64,000 nucleotides of DNA, taken from positions 19,298-83,297 of IMG/VR virus record IMGVR_UViG_3300039167_000005; one strand, given 5' to 3'. This DNA is from a virus (lineage: Duplodnaviria > Caudoviricetes). The notes beneath the pieces are model-generated. The model was not told where the DNA came from. It worked only from the letters and a program-made list of their open reading frames with translations, and made no database searches. Shown here piece after piece: positions 18,748 through 28,046 of the stretch (positions are counted from its first letter, which is position 1; each line of letters begins with the position of its first letter). The translations under genes were made by a program, and so were the position numbers.

Positions 18748-19116
18748 ATGGTGCCAATTCAACGTAGTTTTCATATCCTGATGCGATATGAACCATTTAA
18801 GAAAGCTGTAGAAGAAGACAATCAACAAGAGTTTAAGAATATTCTTTGGCAAGCTGGTGTAGATATTGAACTTCCTTACGAAGTTATCAGTTGTGAGCAT
18901 CGAGTTTACCCAGATAGTGATAATCCTCTACGATTTAATGGTCCATGTATTTTCGCTACAGAGCGTGGAGATAAGGAATGGTTGAAGTGTGGTGTTGCTA
19001 GCTGGAATGCTATTGTGGAGAGCTGCGACAGTGGTCTACGAGCTGACCTCAAGATTATGGGGCGTGAAGGCAGTTCTGATCGGGCTTTTGATAAATACGA
19101 TTCAAAGAATTATTGA
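18748..19116 (+). CDS. hypothetical protein
   Basis: ORF between thioredoxin and nrdA. Confidence 0.7.
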   Translation: MVPIQRSFHILMRYEPFKKAVEEDNQQEFKNILWQAGVDIELPYEVISCEHRVYPDSDNPLRFNGPCIFATERGDKEWLKCGVASWNAIVESCDSGLRADLKIMGREGSSDRAFDKYDSKNY

Positions 19117-19132
19117 GACAGAGGAGGGTTAA

Positions 19133-20387
19133 GTGGCTCTGAAGTATGTAGTAAAGAATGACGGCAGTACTCAAGATTTCTGCCCAGACAAGCTGAATAA
19201 ATGGGCACAGTATGCAACTAAGACTGGGGGTAGTTGGTCAGAGATTGCTCTGGCCACATACAAGCGACTCCCAGAGACAGCGAAAACTTCTGACATCCAC
19301 CAGACAATGATTAATGTCTGTCTAGATAAGGAAGATATTAACTTCTCTCGGATTGCAGCACGGCTGATGGTCGCTACGATTCGTAAGGGCATGGAGCGAC
19401 AGGTTGGTGTTACAGATCGCCACTCTTTTAAAGAAATCTACGATGCCCTGATCTCTAAAAATGTATGGGATTCTGAAACTCTTCCGACTTACAACCCTTT
19501 GTGGGAAAGCTGGTATCAAGAGATTTATAACGAGCAGCTTGAGTATTGGCAGATTGCCCAATGGTACGACAAGTACGCCTTGAAGGTGAACGATGTTGTT
19601 GTAGAGACCCCCCACATTGGTTGCCTCGGGATGGCTCTTGCATTACACGGTGATACACAACTAGCTTTTGATCTGGCGAAGTCTTTGGTTAAAGGTCAGT
19701 ACAACCTTCCGACTCCAGCACTGAACGGGATGCGTAATGGCGATTTCAACACCATCTCATGTTGCGTGATTACTGGCGGCGACAGCATGGAGAGTATCGG
19801 CGTTGCCCAGCACATCGCCTACACCATGACAGCAAAGAAAGCTGGTATTGGTTTGGAGATGGATACTCGGTCGAAGGGTGCGGATGTTAAAGCTGGTAAA
19901 GTGAAGCACCTTGGTAAGCATCCAATCTTCTCTGCTGTTGATAAGCTTGTGAAGGAAATGACTCAGATTACTCGTGGTGGCTCTGCAACTGTTACGTACA
20001 AGTGCATTGACCCAGAAGTGGAGAGCATGATCCTTTGGAAAACTCAGCGAGTAGATATCGAAACTCGATTGGATAAGTTGGATTTCAGCTTCGCATACAA
20101 TGATGCTTTCCTACAGGCTGTAGTAAGTGATGGTGATTGGTATCTGTTCGACTTGAAGGATGCTCCTGAAGTACACAGTGCTTTCTATGTAGAAGATGCA
20201 GATCAATACAAATCTATTGCTGAGAAAGCTGTTAATGCAGGAGTGAAGCATAAAGCAGTAAAGGCTCGGGAGATTTTGAAACTCTTCCTCACCGCTCGAA
20301 ATGAGACTGGTCGGGTGTATAGTATCAACGTAACTCGTGCAAACAAGCACACTCCGTTTGAAGATGTGGTACGACTCTCTAATCTGT
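19133..20387 (+). CDS. nrdA: ribonucleotide reductase class Ia alpha subunit, exon 1
   Basis: LPTPAL, SCC, AGIG, TQITRGGS; ends ...SNL plus the first base of the catalytic Cys codon. Confidence 0.93.
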
Positions 20388-20633
20388 GAAATTTGACGCA
20401 GCGTCACATAGTAATGTGTGAATGAAAATCATGTGAACTCAGGGAAAGCTAAGGGACAGATTGTTCTATGCCAATCCTGATCCAAGCCTCTAACGAGGAA
20501 GGAGCAGAGACTATCCCGCAAGGGAGTAGGTTGTAAGCACAACCGAAGCGCATGACGCCCTTTACAGGGTGATGATATAGTCCGACACTCAGGGAAACCT
20601 GAGAGAAGCCTAGCGAACTTCATAACAGTAAAG
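20388..20633 (+). mobile_element. group I intron (246 nt, no ORF) in nrdA
   Basis: removal restores SNL-C-QEI; P1 CUGU/GCAG with U.G; P10 UUGAC/GUCAA; P7 GACUA/UAGUC; terminal G. Confidence 0.93.
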
Positions 20634-21541
20634 GTCAAGAGATTTGTCTACCAACCAAACCATATGTTGATATGCGAGATTTGTACTCAGAGGAGTCTGT
20701 AGGGGAGACAGCTTTCTGTGTTCTCTCTGCAATCAATGTAGCGAAGGTTTCCAAGGAAGAATATGAGCATGTTGCAGAAGTAGCTGTACGCACCGTGGAT
20801 GCTTTGATTGATAAAGCGCCTATGATGGCGGTATCCATGGAGCAATCAATTCGGAAGCGCCGTAGTGTGGGTGTAGGTATTACTGGACTAGCCTCATCCT
20901 TGTACAAACAGTGGATGGATTACGATGGTAAAGAGTCTTCTCTGTCCTACACGTCAGAGTTGGCTGAGATGCACTACTACTATCTACTGAAAGCTTCTCA
21001 AAAGATGTCTGAGGAATCTGGAGAGTTTGCAGTGGGTGTGGATTTCAACTGGCTTCCAGTAGACACAGCAGTAAACGAATACATCCCCAAGATGGATTGG
21101 GAAGCTCTGCGAGGTAAGCAGCGTAAACACAGCGTGCTTGTTGCTCACATGCCTACGGAGTCTAGTGCTATTTTCAGTGGTAGTTCTAATGGCCTGTACC
21201 CAATCCGAGAGAAAGTGATTAATAAGAAGTCCCGCAAGGGGGTGGTACAGTACATTTGCAACGAATGGATGAGTAATAAGTATGCGTGGGATGTTGACAA
21301 CATCACACTGAGCCGCTACTATGGCCGTATTCAGGACTTCACGGACCAAGGTATTAGTGCAGACTACTACTTTGACCCAAGTAAGTACCCGGACGAGAAG
21401 AAGCCTCTGAGCGAGCTGATGCGGGAATGGGTGGCACAAGCCAAGCTTGGTAACAAGACCCAATACTACGTTAACACCCGAGATTTCAATGGTGGCGGCA
21501 TTCAAGACCAAGGAATTGATTGCGAATCCTGTAAGCTCTAA
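20634..21541 (+). CDS. nrdA: ribonucleotide reductase alpha subunit, exon 2
   Basis: CQEICLP, CVLSAIN, GVGITGL, MPTESS, KTQYY, C-terminal CESC; spliced product 720 aa. Confidence 0.93.
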
Positions 21542-21550
21542 GATACACAA

Positions 21551-21572
21551 GGGAGGCCCGTCCTCCCCTTTT
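21551..21572 (+). terminator. putative terminator
   Basis: GGGAGG-CCCGT-CCTCCC followed by CTTTT. Confidence 0.65.
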
Positions 21573-21591
21573 AAAGATTTAAGGAGAAGTA

Positions 21592-22665
21592 ATGACTGTT
21601 TTTAATAGTAAAAATCGCGGGTATGTGGAATCAAAGTACCCCCTCTTTCTTGGGCAGCAGCTTGGCCTGGTGGACACTATCCGTGTAAACTACCCTGAGT
21701 TGGAGGAGTTGTACCAAAAGCAAGTGAGTCAGATTTGGAACGAGACTGAAGTAAGTCTTGTGCAAGATAAACAAGATATGCTAGTCACATCAAAAGATAC
21801 TGTCGATCTGATGGTTAAGACAATCTCTTGGCAACACCTTGCGGACTCGGTAGCCTCTCGTTCTATCTCTGGTTTATTGCTACCTCATATCACCAACCCC
21901 GAACTGGAAATGCTGGTGAACGTGTGGAGTTTCTTTGAAACCATCCATGCCCGCACCTACTCTCATATCGTTAAGCAGACGTTCATTGATCCTGTGGCTG
22001 CACTTGATGAAACTTACTGCAGCACAGAAACCCTGATCCGCAGTGAGAATATTGTAGCAGCATTTGATCGCTTGCAAAACATTCCAAAGGATGCCCCTGA
22101 CGGAGAGAAGCGACAAGCTATTGTCCTTGCATTCTCTGCGTTGTTTGCCCTGGAAGCTATTGCATTCATGAGCAGTTTTGCTGTGACGTTTGGTATTGCC
22201 GAGACTGGCGTGTTCCAAGGGATCGGTCAACTCGTTACGCTTATCTGCCGCGATGAGCTTCTACACACTCGCATGGACTACGCAATCCTGAAGATTCTGA
22301 AGAATGATCCTCAGTGGAAGCAGACTATTGCAGAGATGAGTGGCGAGATTAAAGATGTGCTGGATGCTGTAGTTAAGCAGGAGCTTGAATGGGCAGACTA
22401 CTTGTTCAGTGAGGGTCGTCAGGTTGTAGGTTTGACCGCTGAGCTATTGAAGGAATACACCCTCTATATGTCCAAGCCTGTGTATGACTCAATGGGTATT
22501 TCATTCGACTTTGAAGTGATTAAGGAGAACCCTTGTCCTTACATGGAAAAGTACATTGACAGCTCCAAGGTGCAGGTAGCGGCTCAGGAGCTGCAACTGA
22601 CAGCCTATAAGATCGGGGCTATCAAGGATGACTCCGAGAACATTGACCTAGACTTTGACCTGTAA
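21592..22665 (+). CDS. nrdB: ribonucleotide reductase class Ia beta subunit
   Basis: W...E, DS, ETIHARTY, LEAIAF..SF, RDELLH. Confidence 0.93.
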   Translation: MTVFNSKNRGYVESKYPLFLGQQLGLVDTIRVNYPELEELYQKQVSQIWNETEVSLVQDKQDMLVTSKDTVDLMVKTISWQHLADSVASRSISGLLLPHITNPELEMLVNVWSFFETIHARTYSHIVKQTFIDPVAALDETYCSTETLIRSENIVAAFDRLQNIPKDAPDGEKRQAIVLAFSALFALEAIAFMSSFAVTFGIAETGVFQGIGQLVTLICRDELLHTRMDYAILKILKNDPQWKQTIAEMSGEIKDVLDAVVKQELEWADYLFSEGRQVVGLTAELLKEYTLYMSKPVYDSMGISFDFEVIKENPCPYMEKYIDSSKVQVAAQELQLTAYKIGAIKDDSENIDLDFDL

Positions 22666-22674
22666 GGAGAAAGG

Positions 22675-22893
22675 ATGTACGTTGTATACGGTAAACCAAA
22701 CTGCGCTTTCTGTGAGCAAGCCAAGATGCTATTGACTGCAAAAGGGCAAGACTTCACTTATGTGGATGTGTCTCAGGATGTAGAAGCAATGTCTAGGCTT
22801 CAAGAGATCGGTGCTCGTACAGTACCTCAGATATTCTTTGACGGCGAACTGATCGGCGGTTTCACCCATCTTCGTAATAAACTGGTCCAATGA
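22675..22893 (+). CDS. glutaredoxin/NrdH-like protein
   Basis: CAFC, TVPQIF, IGGF. Confidence 0.88.
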   Translation: MYVVYGKPNCAFCEQAKMLLTAKGQDFTYVDVSQDVEAMSRLQEIGARTVPQIFFDGELIGGFTHLRNKLVQ

Positions 22894-22896
22894 GGC

Positions 22897-22925
22897 TTGA
22901 CACGGCAATAAAATCCTGAGACACT
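22897..22925 (+). promoter_or_regulatory. putative sigma70 promoter
   Basis: TTGACA-17-GACACT. Confidence 0.5.
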
Positions 22926-22962
22926 AAGCCCATGCTTCTTCGGAGGTGTGGGCTTTTCTTTT
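22926..22962 (+). terminator. Rho-independent terminator
   Basis: GCCCATGCTTC-TTCG-GAGGTGTGGGC followed by a T-run. Confidence 0.8.
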
Positions 22963-22980
22963 AATAGGAGGAAATTATAA

Positions 22981-23676
22981 ATGGCACTGAAATATTACCG
23001 TAAACAGGCTGCGTGGAATTACTGGTCCAACTCTCGTTTCTCCAAATGGCTCCGCACCAAAGCGGGACTTGATAATCCCACAGCTCTTAGCTTTGAAGGT
23101 TGGGACGAGTATGAGAAGGATTGCAAACAGAGAGCACCCTTCACCTATTGGCTCACTGACACTGCGTTTGACAAACTACAAAATGTCGTGTACTTTATCC
23201 CTAACCTGTTCTACTCTGTAGGCGTGTTCTATAAGAACTGGAAGTGTAATTCCCACGTACTCAGTGGAAACCTCCCTGTAGGGGAGTGGTGTGATCTGAG
23301 TAATCGAATTCCGGTGTGCCTTTTCACTTCTCTAGAGCGCTTCATTGAGGATGAGAAGGGACTCGATACGCTTGCTTGGGAGCTGAGTGATGATCTGAAG
23401 GAAGACTGTCTCTGGCAACACGAGGCTGCTCTGGAACAGAAGGCGATCTACGAGTGGTGGAAGGTTAATAAAGATCGAGACACTTTCGTTGACAGTGGTC
23501 TACAAGACTACTATTATAGTAAGATTGAGAAGGGTGAGAACCTGTTTAGTCATATAGGCGATCCTGAGTGGAAAGAACTCAGCGCGAAGCAGAGTCAAAT
23601 GGAAAAGCAATTCAAAACCGAAGAGGAAGATATGCTGATCCGTCTCATTAAAATTCGTAACACATTATGGAGTTAA
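22981..23676 (+). CDS. conserved hypothetical phage protein
   Basis: 231-aa Trp-rich ORF, AGGAGG RBS. Confidence 0.75.
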   Translation: MALKYYRKQAAWNYWSNSRFSKWLRTKAGLDNPTALSFEGWDEYEKDCKQRAPFTYWLTDTAFDKLQNVVYFIPNLFYSVGVFYKNWKCNSHVLSGNLPVGEWCDLSNRIPVCLFTSLERFIEDEKGLDTLAWELSDDLKEDCLWQHEAALEQKAIYEWWKVNKDRDTFVDSGLQDYYYSKIEKGENLFSHIGDPEWKELSAKQSQMEKQFKTEEEDMLIRLIKIRNTLWS

Positions 23677-23689
23677 GAGGAGAATAAAT

Positions 23690-23866
23690 ATGTGGGCGCT
23701 AATTCTGGCAATCTATGTGAGTGATACCTCCGTAGCAGTATCCTCCCAAACCATCCAAGGCTTTTCATCTCAGCAGGACTGTGAAGTTGCTGGCAAGCGT
23801 GTACTAGACTTGTCACGAGGGCACAGGAGAGCTAACGTGATTTATACGTGCGTGCAGGTGAAATGA
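23690..23866 (+). CDS. small exported two-Cys protein (58 aa)
   Basis: GAGGAG RBS; MWALILAIYV hydrophobic N-terminus; F.S...C...C pattern. Confidence 0.6.
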   Translation: MWALILAIYVSDTSVAVSSQTIQGFSSQQDCEVAGKRVLDLSRGHRRANVIYTCVQVK

Positions 23867-23870
23867 GTTG

Positions 23871-23899
23871 TTGACCAGAGGCAGAGGACTTGATATCAT
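23871..23899 (+). promoter_or_regulatory. sigma70-type promoter
   Basis: TTGACC-17-TATCAT. Confidence 0.65.
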
Positions 23900-24036
23900 C
23901 TCATCACACAAACACAGAGGACTCGATAATGTCTCTTAAAGCTCAAAAGATGGTCTGTTTCATCTTGTACATGGGACTATTGCTTGCAGCTCATCAGGCT
24001 GCCACAATGCTTCACAACACCATTTAAGGAGAAATT

Positions 24037-24447
24037 GTGATGAACAAAGAACAAACCCTGAAAGCTATTGAAGTGATGCAGGCTTACGTAGATGGGAAGA
24101 AGATTCAGGTGACGCCACCTCGGAATCAACTACTCATAGGGATTGCTGCTGAACAGTGGATAGACATCGATAACCCATCTTGGGAGTGGCGGCTCGTGGA
24201 TTACCGTGTAAAACCTGTATCCAAACCTTCTATCATTTGGGACCATGTACATCCCGATTATAAATACCTGTTTACGGAATCTAATGGCAGCTCCTACCTC
24301 GTAGCGTCAGAGCCGACACTAAGTAGTGCATACTGGCTCATTGATGCTGAGGACGAGTATTACGTGAAAGCGGAAGGTTTCGCATCTTTCATCCCCGGAG
24401 ATTGCGATTGGAAAGAATCGCTTGTACAACGCCCTGAAAGCGTGTAA
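24037..24447 (+). CDS. hypothetical protein, paralog family of 9355-9856
   Basis: AAGGAG RBS; W..V.P.YKY...WKESLV.RP. Confidence 0.7.
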   Translation: MMNKEQTLKAIEVMQAYVDGKKIQVTPPRNQLLIGIAAEQWIDIDNPSWEWRLVDYRVKPVSKPSIIWDHVHPDYKYLFTESNGSSYLVASEPTLSSAYWLIDAEDEYYVKAEGFASFIPGDCDWKESLVQRPESV

Positions 24448-24482
24448 ACTTATAGCAACATTAATAAGACAGGAGAAACAAC

Positions 24483-24713
24483 ATGGAACTTGATATTCGC
24501 ACCAATCAAGCAGAAGAAATCACTGTTCTTCGTTTTGCAGACGATGGCGGTAATTACCATACAGCGAGTGGTATTCTGCGCCTCGGTGATTGGAGTGTTG
24601 CGGTGATTGATATCGAAGCGGAGCGTGATCTCCGAATCTTTTCAGAAGGACATGCCCTAAATCTAATCAAAGCTCTGAACAAGGCGATTGAGCTTGGTTG
24701 GTTTAAGGAGTAG
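24483..24713 (+). CDS. hypothetical protein
   Basis: AGGAGA RBS. Confidence 0.7.
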   Translation: MELDIRTNQAEEITVLRFADDGGNYHTASGILRLGDWSVAVIDIEAERDLRIFSEGHALNLIKALNKAIELGWFKE

Positions 24714-24718
24714 AATAA

Positions 24719-24892
24719 ATGAAGTTGGGATTTCTTAGCACACTCACACTGATTTTCATCACACTGAAGCTCACAAACGTCATTGCGTGGAGTTGGTGGT
24801 GGGTTCTTGGTCTTCTGTGGATTGTTACAGTAGCACTTGTGTTTCTCTGGTGCGTTATGATCTTTCTCAGAGTGGTTATTGCTGTTCGTTAA
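24719..24892 (+). CDS. small membrane protein (57 aa)
   Basis: LIFITLKLTNVIAWSWWWVL; two hydrophobic segments; AAGGAG RBS. Confidence 0.7.
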   Translation: MKLGFLSTLTLIFITLKLTNVIAWSWWWVLGLLWIVTVALVFLWCVMIFLRVVIAVR

Positions 24893-24939
24893 TTAAAGGA
24901 GAAATAGTCCTAGAACGTTAAAATCAAAGCCCCGAATGT

Positions 24940-25224
24940 GTGAAAAGAGGAAAATTCTTCTTGACATGCTCCGGGGCTTTGTCGTATCTTATACACATCA
25001 AAACAAACAGTGGAGGGCTTGGTATGTCAGAAAAGTTTCAGAATTGGAAAGAAAAAGGAATGGTTTACAACCGCCTCAATGTAATCAGAAAACACAAAGA
25101 ACTTATGGAAATCCTCAATCAAGATGCGCTAGACTTAGAGGACATCCGCCACGTTTTAAAGGTTTTGGTCTTGGAAGTAATCCCTGTCTCCGAACTCGAA
25201 CTAAAGGTTTATGACGAGTGTTAG
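24940..25224 (+). CDS. hypothetical protein (start uncertain)
   Basis: open frame coupled to the next gene. Confidence 0.5.
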   Translation: MKRGKFFLTCSGALSYLIHIKTNSGGLGMSEKFQNWKEKGMVYNRLNVIRKHKELMEILNQDALDLEDIRHVLKVLVLEVIPVSELELKVYDEC

Positions 25225-25451
25225 GCTGGAACAAAGACCCTCATTACAAAAACATCTACTATTGCCTAGACTCTATTGTAAAAGCACCGACACAACGTAC
25301 ATTGGCGTGGTATCAAGGAATGTTGCAAGGGTATCTTATAGGGAAGGGTGTACCAATCTTAGAAGAAATTCGTGTAAGGCAACTGATGACCGTTTTGGCG
25401 GGCAAGAGAATGTTCCAGCTTGAGAGGAGTGGAGAGTGTGAAACATCTTGA
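25218..25451 (+). CDS. hypothetical protein
   Basis: overlapping ORF, 77 aa. Confidence 0.55.
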   Translation: MLGWNKDPHYKNIYYCLDSIVKAPTQRTLAWYQGMLQGYLIGKGVPILEEIRVRQLMTVLAGKRMFQLERSGECETS

Positions 25452-25794
25452 CTATTGCTTGCAAAAAGCCAGAGAAATCCCATACGTTAGACACCAACAA
25501 CGACACTACGCTATTGTAGTGGATAAGCGAGGGAAGATTGTATCTGAGGGGTTTAACTCGTATTCTTGTACTCATCCGACCATGAAGAACCTGAGTCAAA
25601 AGTTAGGAGTTGATGGGAAAGAGTACAGACATGCAGAATTCCACGCTGTCCTAAAAGATAAGAGGAATCGAGGGCATTCTTTGTATGTGGCTAGAGTTGG
25701 AGCTAATGGTAAGCCAATGCCGTCTAGTCCATGCTTGGTTTGCTACTCGTTGATTAAGTCAAAGAAGAACATTAAGCAAATCTACTGGACCTGA
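25438..25794 (+). CDS. zinc-dependent cytidine-deaminase-fold protein
   Basis: HAE and PCLVC motifs; G.NS..THP. Confidence 0.8.
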   Translation: MKHLDYCLQKAREIPYVRHQQRHYAIVVDKRGKIVSEGFNSYSCTHPTMKNLSQKLGVDGKEYRHAEFHAVLKDKRNRGHSLYVARVGANGKPMPSSPCLVCYSLIKSKKNIKQIYWT

Positions 25795-25819
25795 GACGCT
25801 TAGGACTTGATGTCTTTGC

Positions 25820-25986
25820 TATAAACTCCCCCAAATGGCTAAAGTGTACTTGGACTCGATAAGTGCTTTTGCCATGCTGAACAGCTTGCTTTGGTGAGAG
25901 CTAGAGGGAAAGGTTGTAAATTGTTTGTGGTTAGGGTTGACAGCAGTAAGGAAATGATGAAGAATACCATTTCAACAACAAATTAA
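25820..25986 (+). pseudogene. decayed second deaminase fragment
   Basis: frame 25849-25986 reads LGLDKCFCHAEQLALVRARGKGCKLFVVRV, colinear with the upstream gene; no start codon, no PCxxC. Confidence 0.6.
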
Positions 25987-26036
25987 GGAGACATTTTAAA
26001 TGGCAAAGCTTGTAGAGATTTTTAATAGAGGAGATT

Positions 26037-26714
26037 ATGAGTAGAAGGAAAACAAAATTGGTACACGGAGTAGGCATTAATGATGCAGATTATATTGTAG
26101 CAACTAGGCGAAAAGATGGCTATACATATACGTGTCCCATATATGGAACGTGGGTACGTATGCTGGGCAGATGTTTCTATCCGAAGCAAAAGGAACAAAA
26201 CCCGTGTTATTTAAATACACATCTGTACGATGACTGGTATAGATTTTCCACATTTAAGGAATGGGTTGAGGGTCAAACATACCTAGATTTGTCAGGCAAG
26301 AAGTTGAACCTAGATAAAGACTTACTTGTACAAGGGAACCAAGAATACTCCCCAGACAAATGTGTATTTGTTCCTGCGAGAATTAATACCCTCTTATTAA
26401 CGAACGGGCGATCTAGAGGGGAGCAACCGATAGGCGTGTATTTACATACCGATAAGAAGTCTAAGCCGTTCAGAGCATCTGTTAACGATAATTTCGACGG
26501 AAGGATTCGTAGTAGTTATTTCGATACAGCCCAAGAAGCCCACGCGTGGTGGCAGAAAGAGAAAGCTAACATAATCCGAGAAGCTATAGACTTATGGAAG
26601 GTTGATCCTGTCCACAAAAATAGCTATAAGGATGACGTGGTCGACGCTATCCTGTCTAGGGCAAGTTTGTTAGATCATCACAGAGCTGAAGGAATTGAGA
26701 CAAAGTATTTATAA
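26037..26714 (+). CDS. free-standing HNH-like homing endonuclease
   Basis: VHGVGIND...Y..W..ML.RC...W.RFSTF..W...LDKD...YSPDKCVFVP..IN plus AP2-like tail. Confidence 0.8.
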   Translation: MSRRKTKLVHGVGINDADYIVATRRKDGYTYTCPIYGTWVRMLGRCFYPKQKEQNPCYLNTHLYDDWYRFSTFKEWVEGQTYLDLSGKKLNLDKDLLVQGNQEYSPDKCVFVPARINTLLLTNGRSRGEQPIGVYLHTDKKSKPFRASVNDNFDGRIRSSYFDTAQEAHAWWQKEKANIIREAIDLWKVDPVHKNSYKDDVVDAILSRASLLDHHRAEGIETKYL

Positions 26715-26818
26715 GGACTCGTCGAACCCTCTAAATAATTAAGACTCGACGGGTTTTCAAAATCCCAAGGACTCGATATACTTGCTAGAACCGGATCGAA
26801 ATTATTTAGGACTTGATG
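26714..26818 (+). repeat. four copies of (A/T)(G/A)GACTYG motif
   Basis: copies start at 26714, 26741, 26768, 26808. Confidence 0.6.
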
Positions 26819-27078
26819 CGGAAAATATTCTACACAAATTTGCAGATTTCCGAAGAAATTCTAACGCTTCTTGTGCCAGTCTCCGAGCTTCGTGCCTGTT
26901 GGCTGGCTTTCTTTTGTCCGCTGTTCATGGTGCGGTACGATGCCTGCCTGCAAAAGAATTTGCAATTTTCACTTGACAGCCTCCTAAGATTTGTGTTATT
27001 CGCGCACGCGCGTTCCTTTATCTACCCATCTCCCAGAGATTCCCTAGAAAAGAAAATCTCTTTTTCTTTGAAAAATGC

Positions 27079-27107
27079 TTGACATGTAAGAGCGCCGGCC
27101 TTAATAT
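27079..27107 (+). promoter_or_regulatory. early sigma70 promoter
   Basis: TTGACA-17-TAATAT. Confidence 0.85.
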
Positions 27108-27147
27108 CCACCTCAACGAAAACAAACAGATTCAGGAAGCTTTAAAG

Positions 27148-27501
27148 ATGGAAATGTCACGCGAACATTACAACCAGCTCAAAGAAAATTTTGTCAATAC
27201 TCGCCACTTAATGAGTGCGGAAGATTGTGAGACGATGAGGGTAAAGTTAAACGCCATCCAAAAGGAATTAGCGTTTAAAGACACTGCACAAGCGTGGAAA
27301 GATGGAAAAACTATAAATTGCATGGAATTCCTCCGCCTCTGTGATACTCTTGAGGTTAAGATGAGTGCCGTTGTGCGGAAATGGGTCGCCTCGGATATCA
27401 TCGAAGTAGGTCACAACTCTTATTCTTGTGTTGGGCGGCTACACAAAACAAAAGAGAAAACCCTTTTGTCGCTGTGCATTGCACTAACATTAAAGGTTTA
27501 A
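27148..27501 (+). CDS. early hypothetical protein
   Basis: AGGA RBS; first ATG after the promoter. Confidence 0.65.
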   Translation: MEMSREHYNQLKENFVNTRHLMSAEDCETMRVKLNAIQKELAFKDTAQAWKDGKTINCMEFLRLCDTLEVKMSAVVRKWVASDIIEVGHNSYSCVGRLHKTKEKTLLSLCIALTLKV

Positions 27502-27528
27502 AGATGACCGCCGTTCTTTTCTCTGATG

Positions 27529-27556
27529 TTGACAAAGAAAACGAAGACTGTAGAAT
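27529..27556 (+). promoter_or_regulatory. early sigma70 promoter
   Basis: TTGACA-16-TAGAAT with TG extension. Confidence 0.7.
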
Positions 27557-27591
27557 GGACGCCAACAAGGAACAAAATCGAGGCTCTAATA

Positions 27592-27717
27592 ATGCTGATT
27601 TTCTCGACTACTGACTATCGTCTAGCTTTTCAGGTGCATTACGTTAAGGCCGTGCGTGAAGGCATCAAGTGTAAACTTTCCCGCATTAATGGCGAGTGGC
27701 AAGTGGTGGCTGTATGA
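27592..27717 (+). CDS. small early protein
   Basis: GAGG RBS; stop overlaps the next ATG. Confidence 0.5.
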   Translation: MLIFSTTDYRLAFQVHYVKAVREGIKCKLSRINGEWQVVAV

Positions 27718-27932
27718 AAAAGATGCTTGCATTGGTGGCTTTGTCTGTAGGATTTTCGATTGCAAATGCAACACCGGGAGCACAGTATTCTTATCAGTGG
27801 TCAGTGTCTCCCGCTGTCTGCCCTATGCCTCATACGCAGATGCTTGTCAAGTGCCCGTCTCGTTACGAAGTGACGACAGCGACCACTAGCTGTAAAAAGT
27901 TTATACCCGTAGATTTGTGCGCTAGCTATTAA
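27714..27932 (+). CDS. small exported Cys-containing early protein
   Basis: signal peptide MKKMLALVALSVGFSIANA; four Cys. Confidence 0.65.
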   Translation: MKKMLALVALSVGFSIANATPGAQYSYQWSVSPAVCPMPHTQMLVKCPSRYEVTTATTSCKKFIPVDLCASY

Positions 27933-28046
27933 GAAAGTCTATCACCTAAGTGAAGACCTATAGAAAACCTTCATTAGACGGAAGCAAAACAGGCTGTAGA
28001 ATAGGCTACACGAAAGGCACAAGGCCTTGAATTAAGGAACTAGAAA

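Noticed and set aside
20672-21541. Separate 289-aa gene or split nrdA pseudogene
   Set aside because: It is exon 2 of nrdA; removing the group I intron restores the frame and the catalytic Cys.
26782-27082. ORFs of 64 and 89 aa before the early block
   Set aside because: They overlap repeat and promoter DNA, lack an RBS and have atypical composition.
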